The notes beneath the pieces are model-generated. The model saw nothing but the letters and a program-made list of their open reading frames with translations, ran no database searches and had not been told where the DNA came from. DNA of 64,000 nucleotides from an uncultured Actinomycetes bacterium (GTDB lineage: Bacteria; Actinomycetota; Thermoleophilia; Gaiellales; JAICJC01). Shown here in pieces: positions 11,099 to 20,531 of this stretch. The stretch's first letter is position 1. Each line of letters begins with the position of its first letter. Position numbers and translations under genes: made by a program. The stretch spans positions 110,914 to 174,913 of the forward strand of contig OY969568.1 in the NCBI GenBank assembly GCA_963701125.1. The letters run 5' to 3'.

Positions 11099-11761
11099 AT
11101 GCTGCGGGTGGTCATCTCCGGCGCGACCGGCAAGGTGGGAAGCATGCTCGTGCGCGCGATCGAGTCCGAGCCCGACCTCGAGCTGGCCGCCCAGGCGGCG
11201 CCGTCGCTTGGTCTGACCCTGGCCGACGCCCTGGGCGCGGGCGCCGACGTAGCTGTGGACTTCACGGTACCCGCCGGCGCCGCGGCCGCGTGCGAGGCCG
11301 CAATCGCCGCCCGCGTGCCGCTCGTCCTGGGCACGACCGGGCTCACGCCGGCCGAGCTCGCGGCGTTCGGCGAGCGGGCCGCGGCGGCCGGGATCGCGAT
11401 CTTCCAGGCGCCGAACTTCGCCGTCGGCGCCGTGCTGATGATGCGCTTCGCCGAGCAGGCGCGGCCGCACATGGACGCCGCCGAGATCATCGAGCTGCAC
11501 GCGGACACCAAGAAGGACGCCCCCTCCGGCACCGCGCTTCTGACCGCGGCCCGCATGGGCGGCGACGTCCCCATCCACAGCGTCCGCCTGCCGGGCATCG
11601 TCGCGAACCAGGAGGTGATCCTGGGCGCGCTGGGGCAGACGCTCACCCTGCGCCACGACACGACCTCGCGCGAGGCGTTCGTGCCGGGCGTGCTGCTCGC
11701 CGTGCGCCGCGTCCGTGACCTGCCGCCCGGGCTGACAATCGGACTGGACGCGATCCTGTGA
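11099..11761 (+). CDS. dapB: 4-hydroxy-tetrahydrodipicolinate reductase
   Basis: MLRVVISGATGKVGSM..., VLGTTGL, APNFAVGAVLM, EIIELHADTKKDAPSGTA are canonical DapB motifs. Confidence 0.92.
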   Translation: MLRVVISGATGKVGSMLVRAIESEPDLELAAQAAPSLGLTLADALGAGADVAVDFTVPAGAAAACEAAIAARVPLVLGTTGLTPAELAAFGERAAAAGIAIFQAPNFAVGAVLMMRFAEQARPHMDAAEIIELHADTKKDAPSGTALLTAARMGGDVPIHSVRLPGIVANQEVILGALGQTLTLRHDTTSREAFVPGVLLAVRRVRDLPPGLTIGLDAIL

Positions 11762-13236
11762 ACCGGCCGCAGCCCGTCGCCGATCTCGACTGGGGTGCGG
11801 GCGAGGCCCGCGAGCTCACGGGAGCCGTGCTCGACCTGTGGTGCGACCTGCTCGACGTGATGCGCGAGATGCCCGTGGCGCCGCCCTCCGACGCGGCGGC
11901 GGTCGCGCGCGCCGCCGCCGTCCCGATCCCGGCGCAGCCGATCCCCGTCGCCGAGCTGGCCGCGCTGCTTCGGCCGCTCGTGATGGAGCACTCGACGCTG
12001 TGCGGCCATCCGGGGTTCATGGCGTACATCTCGGGATCGGGCACGGTGCCGGGAGCGGCGGCCGACCTGCTCGCGGCGGCGCTCAACCCGAACGTCGGCG
12101 GCTGGACGCTCGCGCCGGCGGCGACCGAGCTCGAGCTGCACCTGACGCGCTGGCTGGCGGCCCGGTTCGGGCTTCCCGACGGCGCCGCCGGGCTGATGAC
12201 GAGCGGCGGTGCCGCCTCGAACCTGACCGCGCTCAAGGCGGCCCGCGACGCGCGCACCCCGGGCGACACCCGCCGCGACGGGATCGGCGGCCTGCCGCTC
12301 GTCCTCTACGCCTCGGAGGAGGCGCACGCGACGATCGCCGAGGCGGCCGACGTGATGGGCCTCGGGGAGCGGGCGGTGCGCGCGATCCCCACCGACGCGG
12401 GCCTGCGCATGCGCGCCGACGCGCTCGAGCGGGCCATCACAGACGACATCGCCGCCGGGCGCCACCCGTTCGCCGTCGTCGCCACCGCCGGCACGACGGC
12501 GACAGGGGCGGTCGACCCGCTCCCCGCCGTCGCCGACATCTGCGCCGCGCACGGCCTGTGGATGCACGTCGACGCCGCCTATGGCGGTGCGGCCGTGCTC
12601 GCGCCGGAGCTGCGCCCGCTGCTCGTCGGCACCGAGCGGGCCGACTCGATCGCCTTCGACCCGCATAAGTGGCTCTACACGCCGCAGTCGAGCGCCTGCC
12701 TGCTCGTGCGCGACCCGGCGCACCTGCTGCGCAGCTTCTCGATCGACGCCGCGTACGTGCGCGACGACGCCGCCCTCTCGGGCCGGGGCACGAACATCGG
12801 CGAGATGGGGCCGCAGTGGTCGCGCGCCTTCCTCGCGCTCAAGGTGTGGCTTTCGCTGGCGGCGCACGGCACCGAGGCCTACGGCCGCCGCATCGCCCAC
12901 GACGTCGAGCTCGCCCGCTACCTCGACGCCCGCGTGCGCGCCCACCCCGACCTCGAGCCGATGTGCCCCGTGACGCTCTCGATCGCGTGCTTCCGCTACG
13001 CGCCGGCGGATGCGGGGCTCGACGACCGCGCACTCGACGCGCTGAATGAGCGGCTGATGGTCGCGATCCGCCGCGACGGCCGCGCGTTTCCCTCGAACGC
13101 CGTGCTCGGCGGCCGCTACGGCCTGCGCGCGTGCCTGGTCAACCACCGCACCGAGGCACAGGACATCGACGCGCTCCTCGACGCGACGCTCGAGCTCGGC
13201 GCCGCCCTGGTGGAGTCAGGCCTCGAGACCGCGTAG
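11758..13236 (+). CDS. pyridoxal-dependent decarboxylase, group II (aromatic amino acid / diaminobutyrate decarboxylase-like)
   Basis: The lysine motif SIAFDPHKWLYTPQSSACLLVRD is typical of group II PLP decarboxylases. The GTG start overlaps the dapB stop. Confidence 0.8.
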   Translation: MNRPQPVADLDWGAGEARELTGAVLDLWCDLLDVMREMPVAPPSDAAAVARAAAVPIPAQPIPVAELAALLRPLVMEHSTLCGHPGFMAYISGSGTVPGAAADLLAAALNPNVGGWTLAPAATELELHLTRWLAARFGLPDGAAGLMTSGGAASNLTALKAARDARTPGDTRRDGIGGLPLVLYASEEAHATIAEAADVMGLGERAVRAIPTDAGLRMRADALERAITDDIAAGRHPFAVVATAGTTATGAVDPLPAVADICAAHGLWMHVDAAYGGAAVLAPELRPLLVGTERADSIAFDPHKWLYTPQSSACLLVRDPAHLLRSFSIDAAYVRDDAALSGRGTNIGEMGPQWSRAFLALKVWLSLAAHGTEAYGRRIAHDVELARYLDARVRAHPDLEPMCPVTLSIACFRYAPADAGLDDRALDALNERLMVAIRRDGRAFPSNAVLGGRYGLRACLVNHRTEAQDIDALLDATLELGAALVESGLETA

Positions 13237-14115
13237 GGCGTCGAGGGCGCGCACCACGGCCGCCTCCGACGACGCCGTAAGCGGCATGCGCACGTCGGCT
13301 GTCGGGATGCGGCCGAGCCGGTGCAGGACGGCCTTGATCACCGCCGGGCTCGGCTCCGCGAAGAGCGCGGCCACCAGCGGCAGCAGCGCCTCGGCGAGCG
13401 GGCGGCCGCCCGCGACGTCGGCGCGCAGCCCACGCGCGATCATCTCGGCGAACTGCCCCGTGCAGACGTTCGCCGAGGCGGCGATCGCCCCGGCGCCCCC
13501 CATCAGCACGAGCGGGAACAGGAACGCGTCGTCGCCACCCAGCAGGGCGAAGCGGCCGGATGCCTCGGCGAGCACGCGCAGCGTGTCGGCGTCGATGCAG
13601 CCGACGGCCTGCTTCACTCCCGCGACGTTCTCGGTCGCCGCCAGCTCGAGCAGCGCGTCCGCGCCCAGACCGCGGCCGGTGCGATACGGGATGTTGTAGG
13701 CGATCAGCGGCACGGGGGAGCGCTCGGCGACCGCCTGGAAGTGACGCACGATCGCAGCCTCGGACGGGCGCACGTAATACGGCACGACCGCGAGCGACGC
13801 CGCCACGCCCGGCACATCGGCGAGCGCCTCATGGCGCAGGATCGTGGTGCGCGTGTCGTTCGTCCCGGCGCCGACGACGAGCACGCCGGAGCGCGCCGCG
13901 CACACCTCGGCGCAGACCGCGACGACGGCCGCGCGCTCGGCGTCGTCGAGTGACGTCGGCTCACCCGTCGTCGCCAGCGCGACGATCCCGGCGGCACCGG
14001 CGGTGAGCGCCCGCTCGGCCAGGCCGCGCAGCGCCTCGAGGTCGACGTCTCCGCGCTCGCCGAACGGCGTCACGAGCGGGACGAGGACGCCGGAGGGGCG
14101 GAAGCTCGCGCTCAT
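13216..14115 (-). CDS. dihydrodipicolinate synthase family protein (DapA paralog, specificity unknown)
   Basis: VPLVTPF...GIVALATTGE...VPYYVRPS...IAYNIP...VAGVKQA is the DapA/NAL aldolase family pattern. Start set at ATG 14115. Confidence 0.8.
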   Translation of the reverse strand: MSASFRPSGVLVPLVTPFGERGDVDLEALRGLAERALTAGAAGIVALATTGEPTSLDDAERAAVVAVCAEVCAARSGVLVVGAGTNDTRTTILRHEALADVPGVAASLAVVPYYVRPSEAAIVRHFQAVAERSPVPLIAYNIPYRTGRGLGADALLELAATENVAGVKQAVGCIDADTLRVLAEASGRFALLGGDDAFLFPLVLMGGAGAIAASANVCTGQFAEMIARGLRADVAGGRPLAEALLPLVAALFAEPSPAVIKAVLHRLGRIPTADVRMPLTASSEAAVVRALDALRGLEA

Positions 14116-14155
14116 ACCGCGGGAGTCTAGGCAGTGCCTCGGGTAGACTTGCGGA

Positions 14156-15052
14156 ATGGCAACGCCGCTCGGCGAGCTCTTGACCGCGATGGTGACGCCG
14201 TTCCAGTCCGACGGCGCGGTCAACTTTGCGTCCGCCCGGCGGCTGACCCACCATCTCATCGAGTCGGGGTCGGACGGGATCGTGGTCTGCGGGACGACGG
14301 GCGAGGGCCCGACGGTCAACGATCGCGAGAAGCTCGACCTCGTCGACGCGATCGTCGAGGAGGTCGGCGGCTCGGCGTGCGTCGTCGCGAACACCGGCTC
14401 CTACGACACGCACCATTCGGTCGCGCTGACGCGCGCCGCCCTCGAGGCCGGCGCCGACGCCTTCCTGGCCGTGACGCCGTACTACAACAAACCTCCGCGG
14501 GCCGGGATCATCGCGCACTTCGAGGCGATCGCCGACGCCGCCGGCGGCCGCCCGGTGATCATCTACAACATCCCGCAGCGGGTCGTCCTGAACCTCGCGC
14601 CCGACCTTCTCGCCGAGCTCGCGCAGATTCCGAACGTGGTCGCGGTCAAGCAGGCGACGGCCGACCTCGACCAGGCCCGGGCGATCCTGGCGGACACCGA
14701 TCTCGTGCTCTACGCCGGAAACGACGACCTCCTGGCCCCGTTCCTCGAGCTCGGCGGCAGAGGCGGCGTGTGCGTCGCCTCCCACGTCGCCGGCCCGCAG
14801 ATGCGGCGGATGGTCGAACTTGCCGGGAAGGGCGACATGGCCGGAATGCGGGCACAGGACGAGGCCCTGCACGGTCTCTACGCGGCCCTCGCCGTCACGA
14901 CCAACCCCATACCGGTGAAGGCGGCTCTGAACCTGCTCGGCCACGACGTCGGCGGCCTGCGGCTGCCGCTGGTCGAGGCCGACGCCGCGCAGACCGCCAC
15001 GGTCGCGGCGGCGCTCCAGGCGGCCGGGATCCGCTCTGCGGCCCGCATCTAG
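14156..15052 (+). CDS. dapA: 4-hydroxy-tetrahydrodipicolinate synthase
   Basis: AMVTPF, GIVVCGTTGEGPT, VTPYYNKP, IIYNIPQR, VVAVKQA are canonical DapA motifs. It sits immediately upstream of rnj, as in other actinobacteria. Confidence 0.92.
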   Translation: MATPLGELLTAMVTPFQSDGAVNFASARRLTHHLIESGSDGIVVCGTTGEGPTVNDREKLDLVDAIVEEVGGSACVVANTGSYDTHHSVALTRAALEAGADAFLAVTPYYNKPPRAGIIAHFEAIADAAGGRPVIIYNIPQRVVLNLAPDLLAELAQIPNVVAVKQATADLDQARAILADTDLVLYAGNDDLLAPFLELGGRGGVCVASHVAGPQMRRMVELAGKGDMAGMRAQDEALHGLYAALAVTTNPIPVKAALNLLGHDVGGLRLPLVEADAAQTATVAAALQAAGIRSAARI

Positions 15053-15054
15053 AC

Positions 15055-16725
15055 ATGGCTGACCCGGTGCGGATCATCCCGCTCGGCGGGCTGGGCGAGG
15101 TGGGCAAGAACATGACTGTCTTCGAGCGCGACGGCCGCCTGCTGCTGCTCGACGCGGGGCTCTCGTTCCCGCATTCCGAGATGTTCGGGATCGATCTCGT
15201 GCTGCCCGACTTCCGCTACGTCGCCGACCGGGCCGACGCCCTGGAGGCGATCATCCTCACCCACGGCCACGAGGATCACATCGGCGCGCTGCCGTACCTC
15301 CTGCGCGAGGTGGGCACGGGTGCCGAGGTGTGGGGGACGCGGCTCACCCTCGGCATGGTCAAGTCCAAGCTCGACGAGCATGGCCTGCTGGCCCACACCG
15401 AGCTGATCGAGATCGACCCCGAGGGCGGCAGGGTCGAGGTGGGGCCGTTCGAGGCGGAGTTCATGCGCGTGACCCACTCGGTCCCCGATGCCGTTGCGGT
15501 CGTCCTGCACACCGAGCACGGCCCGATCGTGCACACGGGCGACTTCAAGCTCGACGAGACGCCCGTCGACGGCCGCGTCACCGACCTCGTCCGCCTCTCG
15601 GCGCTCGGCGACTCCGGCGTGGCGCTTCTGATGTCGGACTCGACGAACGCCGAGCGTCCCGGGCACACGCCGTCGGAGCGCACCGTGGCGGCGTCCCTGC
15701 GCGAGATCGTGCGCGAGGCCCGCGGACGGGTGATCGTCACCTCGTTCTCGTCGCACATCCACCGCCTCCAGCAGGTGATGGACGCCGCGCAGGCCAACGG
15801 ACGCACCGTCTGCGTGATCGGCCGCTCGATGATCCGAAACGTCAACATCGCCCGCAACCTCGGCTACGCCACCGTGCCCGACGACGGCCTGATCCGCGCC
15901 AAGCGGCTCGACGAGTTCATGGCCCACGAGCTCGTGGTCATCTGCACCGGCAGCCAGGGCGAGCCGGGCTCGGCGCTCACGCGGATGGCCCTCGGCGACC
16001 ACCCGGCGATCAAGATCCACCACACCGACACCGTCGTCATGTCCTCGTGGCCCGTCCCCGGGAACGAGGTGAAGGTGAACGAGACGGTGAACCGGCTGGC
16101 CCGCCTCGGCGCGAAGGTGATGACCGAGGCGACCGACTACGTCCACGTCTCGGGCCACGGATCGGCCGGCGACCTGACGACGATGCTCCAGACGGTGCGG
16201 CCGCGCAACTTCGTGCCGGTGCACGGCGAGTTCCGGATGCTGCAGGCCCATGCGCGCCTGGCCGAGGCGACCGGCATTCCGCCGCATGCGGTGCGGATCG
16301 CCGACAACGGCTCGGTGCTCGAGCTCGACGGCGACGGCCTCTCGGTCGTCGGCCAGATCGACGCCGGCACGATCCTCGTCGACGGCCTCTCGGTCGGCAA
16401 CGTGCGCGACGTCGTCCTGCGCGACCGGCGCCACCTGGGCTCCGACGGCGTCCTGATCGTGGTCGCGACGATCGCCGCCGACTCGGCCGAGCCGATCGCC
16501 GAGCCCGAGATCATCGTGCGCGGCTTCGATGCGCCGTCCGACGACGGCGAGATGCTCGTCGAGCAGGCCCGCGCCGTCGTCGAGCGAGTGCTCGACGAGT
16601 GCCAGCAGCAGCGCGCGACCGAGGTGCACGTCGTCCAGCAGCGGCTGCACGACGCCCTGGCCGAGCTCGCCTCGCGCGCGACCGGCAAGCGCCCGATGGT
16701 GCTGCCGATCGTCGTCGAGGTGTAA
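15055..16725 (+). CDS. rnj: ribonuclease J
   Basis: Metallo-beta-lactamase/beta-CASP signature (IILTHGHEDHIGALPYLL, HTGDFKLD, HVSGHGS). Start set at ATG 15055 (MADPVRIIPLGGLGEVGKNM). Confidence 0.95.
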   Translation: MADPVRIIPLGGLGEVGKNMTVFERDGRLLLLDAGLSFPHSEMFGIDLVLPDFRYVADRADALEAIILTHGHEDHIGALPYLLREVGTGAEVWGTRLTLGMVKSKLDEHGLLAHTELIEIDPEGGRVEVGPFEAEFMRVTHSVPDAVAVVLHTEHGPIVHTGDFKLDETPVDGRVTDLVRLSALGDSGVALLMSDSTNAERPGHTPSERTVAASLREIVREARGRVIVTSFSSHIHRLQQVMDAAQANGRTVCVIGRSMIRNVNIARNLGYATVPDDGLIRAKRLDEFMAHELVVICTGSQGEPGSALTRMALGDHPAIKIHHTDTVVMSSWPVPGNEVKVNETVNRLARLGAKVMTEATDYVHVSGHGSAGDLTTMLQTVRPRNFVPVHGEFRMLQAHARLAEATGIPPHAVRIADNGSVLELDGDGLSVVGQIDAGTILVDGLSVGNVRDVVLRDRRHLGSDGVLIVVATIAADSAEPIAEPEIIVRGFDAPSDDGEMLVEQARAVVERVLDECQQQRATEVHVVQQRLHDALAELASRATGKRPMVLPIVVEV

Positions 16726-16741
16726 CGCCTGAGCTTGTGCG

Positions 16742-17995
16742 CTACGGCAGGTGCGAGGCCTGGTACAGGGCGAAGCCCTGCTGGTTCGTGCCCGCCATGC
16801 GCGTGAAGTAGCCGCCGAAGCCCACCCGCGCGCCGCCGTTTGTGATCGCCAGCAGGCCGTGGTCGGAGTTCGCGCCGGGGTTCCACGCGAGCAGCGTGTT
16901 CGTGCTGACGTCGAACGCCGCCACGTGGTGGCGGGTCGAGCATGGCGCCAGGTTGCCCGGTTTGCAGTCCGGGCCGGCGAAGTTGAAGTGGCCGCCGACG
17001 TAGAGGACGCCGTTTCGCAGCGCGCAGCCGGGCGTGTCGCCGTCGTCCTGCTGTGTGAATGCGGTCACGAGCGAGCCGCTGTTCGGGTCGAAGGCGCTCA
17101 CGTTGTAGGAGGTCTTCGCGCCGTTCACCTTCCAGTAGCCGCCGCACGTGTAGATGCGGCCGGCCGTGGCGATGATCCGGTACACCCGGCTCGTCTCGAC
17201 GGTCGTACAGACGGGGCAGTTCGCGGCCGCATAGATGTTCGGGTTGAACGCGAGCACCTGCGAGCCCTTGTCGATCGGCACGGAGGCGATCTCGTTTCGG
17301 TCGACGCCGTCGACGGTGCCGAAGTGGCCGCCGAAATAGACCCGCTTGCCGTTCGCCGAGAACGCGATCGTGAACACGCGGGGTGAGCAGCGCGGGGGAC
17401 AGGCGAAGCCGCTGATCTGCCCGATCGACGGCGCCCAGGCAGCGAGCGGGGCGCTCGAGCTGCGTCCGATCTCGGCCAGGTGATGGCGCGTGCTGCCCTC
17501 GACCTGGCCGAAGTCGCCGCCGACGAAGAGGTTGCCGTTCGGGCCGATCCGCACCGCGTAGACGGCCCGGTTCGCCCCGGGGTTCCACTTCGCCACCTTG
17601 CCGCCCAGCGCGACCGCGGCCAGATACTTGCGCGCCCGGCCGCCGACCGATGTGAACGACCCGCCCAGGTAGATGCGGGTCGCGGACACCGCGATCGACC
17701 GCACGATGCCGTTCGCGCCCGGGTTCCACTTGAGCACGGCGCCCGTGGTGGCATTGAACGCGGCCACGTTGGAGCGTGCGACCTCGCCGCTGCCGGCGGG
17801 CGCTTCGGGCGGCCGCACCGAGGTGAACTCCCCGCCGACGTACATCACGTTCCCGGAGAACGCGATCGCCCGCACTGTGCCGTTCGTCTGCCAGGACGAG
17901 CTCGGCGGGAAGGGGTTTGCGGCCAGTGCCTGTCCGGGGCCTCCTCCGACCAGCGCGCCTGCGACCACAACAGCGAGAACCAGTCCGCGTCGCAT
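16742..17995 (-). CDS. secreted Cys-rich beta-propeller-like repeat protein
   Basis: Signal peptide MRRGLVLAVVVAGALVGGGPGQALA. Repeated about 45-aa units of the type V.AIA..G..vYvGG.Ft.V.G..R..lAA....tG....WNPGAN. At least 10 Cys residues, in pairs. Confidence 0.7.
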   Translation of the reverse strand: MRRGLVLAVVVAGALVGGGPGQALAANPFPPSSSWQTNGTVRAIAFSGNVMYVGGEFTSVRPPEAPAGSGEVARSNVAAFNATTGAVLKWNPGANGIVRSIAVSATRIYLGGSFTSVGGRARKYLAAVALGGKVAKWNPGANRAVYAVRIGPNGNLFVGGDFGQVEGSTRHHLAEIGRSSSAPLAAWAPSIGQISGFACPPRCSPRVFTIAFSANGKRVYFGGHFGTVDGVDRNEIASVPIDKGSQVLAFNPNIYAAANCPVCTTVETSRVYRIIATAGRIYTCGGYWKVNGAKTSYNVSAFDPNSGSLVTAFTQQDDGDTPGCALRNGVLYVGGHFNFAGPDCKPGNLAPCSTRHHVAAFDVSTNTLLAWNPGANSDHGLLAITNGGARVGFGGYFTRMAGTNQQGFALYQASHLP

Positions 17996-18160
17996 GCGGC
18001 CACCATAGCCGACCTCGGCCTGGATCTTTGGTCCACACGGTTCCGTTGCAGGACGTTCACCGATTTCGAACATCCGGACGTGCGGAACGGAACGTGTCCA
18101 CTCGAAGTCCACGGCGGAGGCGGGGCAGGGATCGCCCGGACGGTGCCGAACTCCGTGTCG

Positions 18161-20497
18161 ATGACCAGAGCAACGACGCGAGCACGAGGTCGCGCCGCTG
18201 GCTCACGCACGAAGACTCGGCGCCCGACCACAAAGACCCGCCACTCTCCCCCCAGGCGGAAGCGGGCGCCGAGTCGTTCTGCGCGCCAGCAGCGCACCGA
18301 CCTGGTCGGAGGCGGCCTCCTGGCGCTCGGCGCCTTCCTGGGATTCGTCGAGTACCTGGGCTGGGACGGAGGCGTCGTCGGCGCCAAGATCGACACCGGC
18401 CTGCACCTCGTGATCGGCCGGGCCGGCGCCGTCGTGCCGCCGCTCCTGGTCGCAGTCGGCGCCGGAATCTTCCTGCGCAGCCCGCTGACGCGGCTGCGCC
18501 CCCTGCGCACGGGGACGTTCGTGTGCCTCGCGACGCTCGTGCTCGCGCTCTCGACGACCGACACGGCGGTGGCCGAGCACCACGGCGGCCTCGCGGGCGC
18601 GTACGCGCGCATCGGCCTGAACGGCCTCGTCGGGCCGATCGGGGTCTCGATCCTGGTCGTCCTCGGCGCGCTCGTCGGCATTGTGCTCGTGACCGGCGCC
18701 TCGCTCGGCGTGCTGATGCGGTCGTCCGGCCGCCACGTCGCCCGCGCGGCCGGGGCCGGCGTGCGCCTTTCCGAGGAGGTGGGTCGCAGATACCGCGAGC
18801 GCCCGACCGGACGCCCGGCGCTTCGAGCCGTGCCGAGCCCGCCCGCCTCGGATCCGCCCGTCGATGGATCGAACGCCTTCGCAGACCTGTTCGGGGCCGA
18901 GGTCCCGCCCCTCGACGAGGCGCCCGAGCCGCCGGCGGCCGTCGCAGCGCCGGAGGAGCCGGAGCCCGCCCTGTTCGAGGACGACGATCCGTTCGACGAG
19001 CCGACTCCGGTGCTGGCGCCGCCGATGCCCGCTCCGGGACGCGCGCCGTACCGTCTCCCCAAGGCGTCCATCCTCAAGCGCAGCGCCGCCAGCCGCGGTG
19101 CGGGCCAGGATCACGAGAAGATTGCCCGCCAGCTCGTCGAGGCGCTCGCCAACTTCGGCGTCGAGGCGCGCGTGGTGGGGATGGTCAGCGGCCCGCGCGT
19201 GACCCGCTACGAGCTCCAGCTCGCACCGGGCATCAAGGTGAGCCGCGTGTCACAGCTCCGCGACGACCTGGCCTATGCCCTCGCGACCACCGAGATCCGC
19301 ATCCTGGCGCCGATCCCCGGCAAGCAGGCCGTGGGCGTCGAGGTGCCCAACCTGTCGGCGAACCTGGTCACGCTCGGCGACATCTATGCCGATCCGCCGG
19401 CCGGATCGAGCCCGCTCACGGCGTGGCTCGGCAAGGACATCTCCGGTCACGGCGTCGCGTGCGACCTCGCGCGTATGCCGCACCTGCTGATCGCAGGCAC
19501 GACCGGCTCGGGCAAGTCGGGCTGCATCAACGCGATCCTGTGCTCGATCCTGCTGCGCGCGACGCCCGACGAGGTGCGGATGATCCTCGTCGACCCCAAG
19601 CGCGTCGAGCTCAACCACTACGAGGCGATCCCGCACCTGCTGACGCCGGTCGTGACGAACATGAAGAACGCGTCGCTCGTGCTGCAGAACGTCGTCCGCG
19701 AGATGGAGGCGCGCTACGAGATCATGGGCGCCGCGAAGGCCCGCAACCTGGCCGAGCTGAACACGTCGCGGGCGGCCCAGGGGCGCGACGCGATGCCGCA
19801 CATCCTGGTCGTCATCGATGAGCTGGCCGACCTGATGATGGTCTCGCCGGCCGAGGTCGAGGACGCGATCATCCGCCTGGCCCAGAAGTCGCGCGCCGTC
19901 GGCATCCATCTCGTGCTCGCGACCCAGAGCCCGCGCGTCGATGTGATCACCGGCATGATCAAGGCCAACGTGCCGTCGCGGATCGCCTTCGCCGTGTCGT
20001 CGCAGACCGATTCGCGCGTGATCCTCGACACGGGCGGCGCCGAGGCGCTGCTCGGCCAGGGCGACATGCTCTACAAGCCGCTCGGGACGTCGAAGCTGCA
20101 GCGCATCCAGGGCGCGTACATCTCCGAGGCCGAGACGCGCGACATCGTCGATGCCTGCCGCCGCCAGGGCGAGCCGACGTTCGAGGAGGAGCTGCTCGAG
20201 CTGCCCTCCGACGTCGAGCCCGAGGCCCTCGATGCCGACGACGACCCGGTGCTCGAGGACGCGATCCGGCTCGTCGCCCAGCACCAGACGGCATCCGTAT
20301 CGCTCCTGCAGCGGCGCCTGCGGGTCGGGTACACGCGGGCGGGCCGGCTGATCGACATGCTCGAACGACGCGGCATCGTCTCGGGCTACGAGGGCTCCAA
20401 GGCGCGCAAGGTGCTGATCGCCGAGGGCGACCTGCACCGGATGCTCGGCGACGGCACGCCGCCGCTGCCCGAGCCGGTCGACGAAGTCACCCGGTAG
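18161..20497 (+). CDS. ftsK: DNA translocase FtsK
   Basis: N-terminal TM helices, a Pro/Ala linker, Walker A (HLLIAGTTGSGKSGCINA), IDELADLMM, the motor domain and a C-terminal gamma wHTH (ASVSLLQRRLRVGYTRAGRLID). Start set at ATG 18161. Confidence 0.95.
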   Translation: MTRATTRARGRAAGSRTKTRRPTTKTRHSPPRRKRAPSRSARQQRTDLVGGGLLALGAFLGFVEYLGWDGGVVGAKIDTGLHLVIGRAGAVVPPLLVAVGAGIFLRSPLTRLRPLRTGTFVCLATLVLALSTTDTAVAEHHGGLAGAYARIGLNGLVGPIGVSILVVLGALVGIVLVTGASLGVLMRSSGRHVARAAGAGVRLSEEVGRRYRERPTGRPALRAVPSPPASDPPVDGSNAFADLFGAEVPPLDEAPEPPAAVAAPEEPEPALFEDDDPFDEPTPVLAPPMPAPGRAPYRLPKASILKRSAASRGAGQDHEKIARQLVEALANFGVEARVVGMVSGPRVTRYELQLAPGIKVSRVSQLRDDLAYALATTEIRILAPIPGKQAVGVEVPNLSANLVTLGDIYADPPAGSSPLTAWLGKDISGHGVACDLARMPHLLIAGTTGSGKSGCINAILCSILLRATPDEVRMILVDPKRVELNHYEAIPHLLTPVVTNMKNASLVLQNVVREMEARYEIMGAAKARNLAELNTSRAAQGRDAMPHILVVIDELADLMMVSPAEVEDAIIRLAQKSRAVGIHLVLATQSPRVDVITGMIKANVPSRIAFAVSSQTDSRVILDTGGAEALLGQGDMLYKPLGTSKLQRIQGAYISEAETRDIVDACRRQGEPTFEEELLELPSDVEPEALDADDDPVLEDAIRLVAQHQTASVSLLQRRLRVGYTRAGRLIDMLERRGIVSGYEGSKARKVLIAEGDLHRMLGDGTPPLPEPVDEVTR

Positions 20498-20531
20498 TCC
20501 GCACCCGGCCGCCTGACTACCATCCCCGTCG

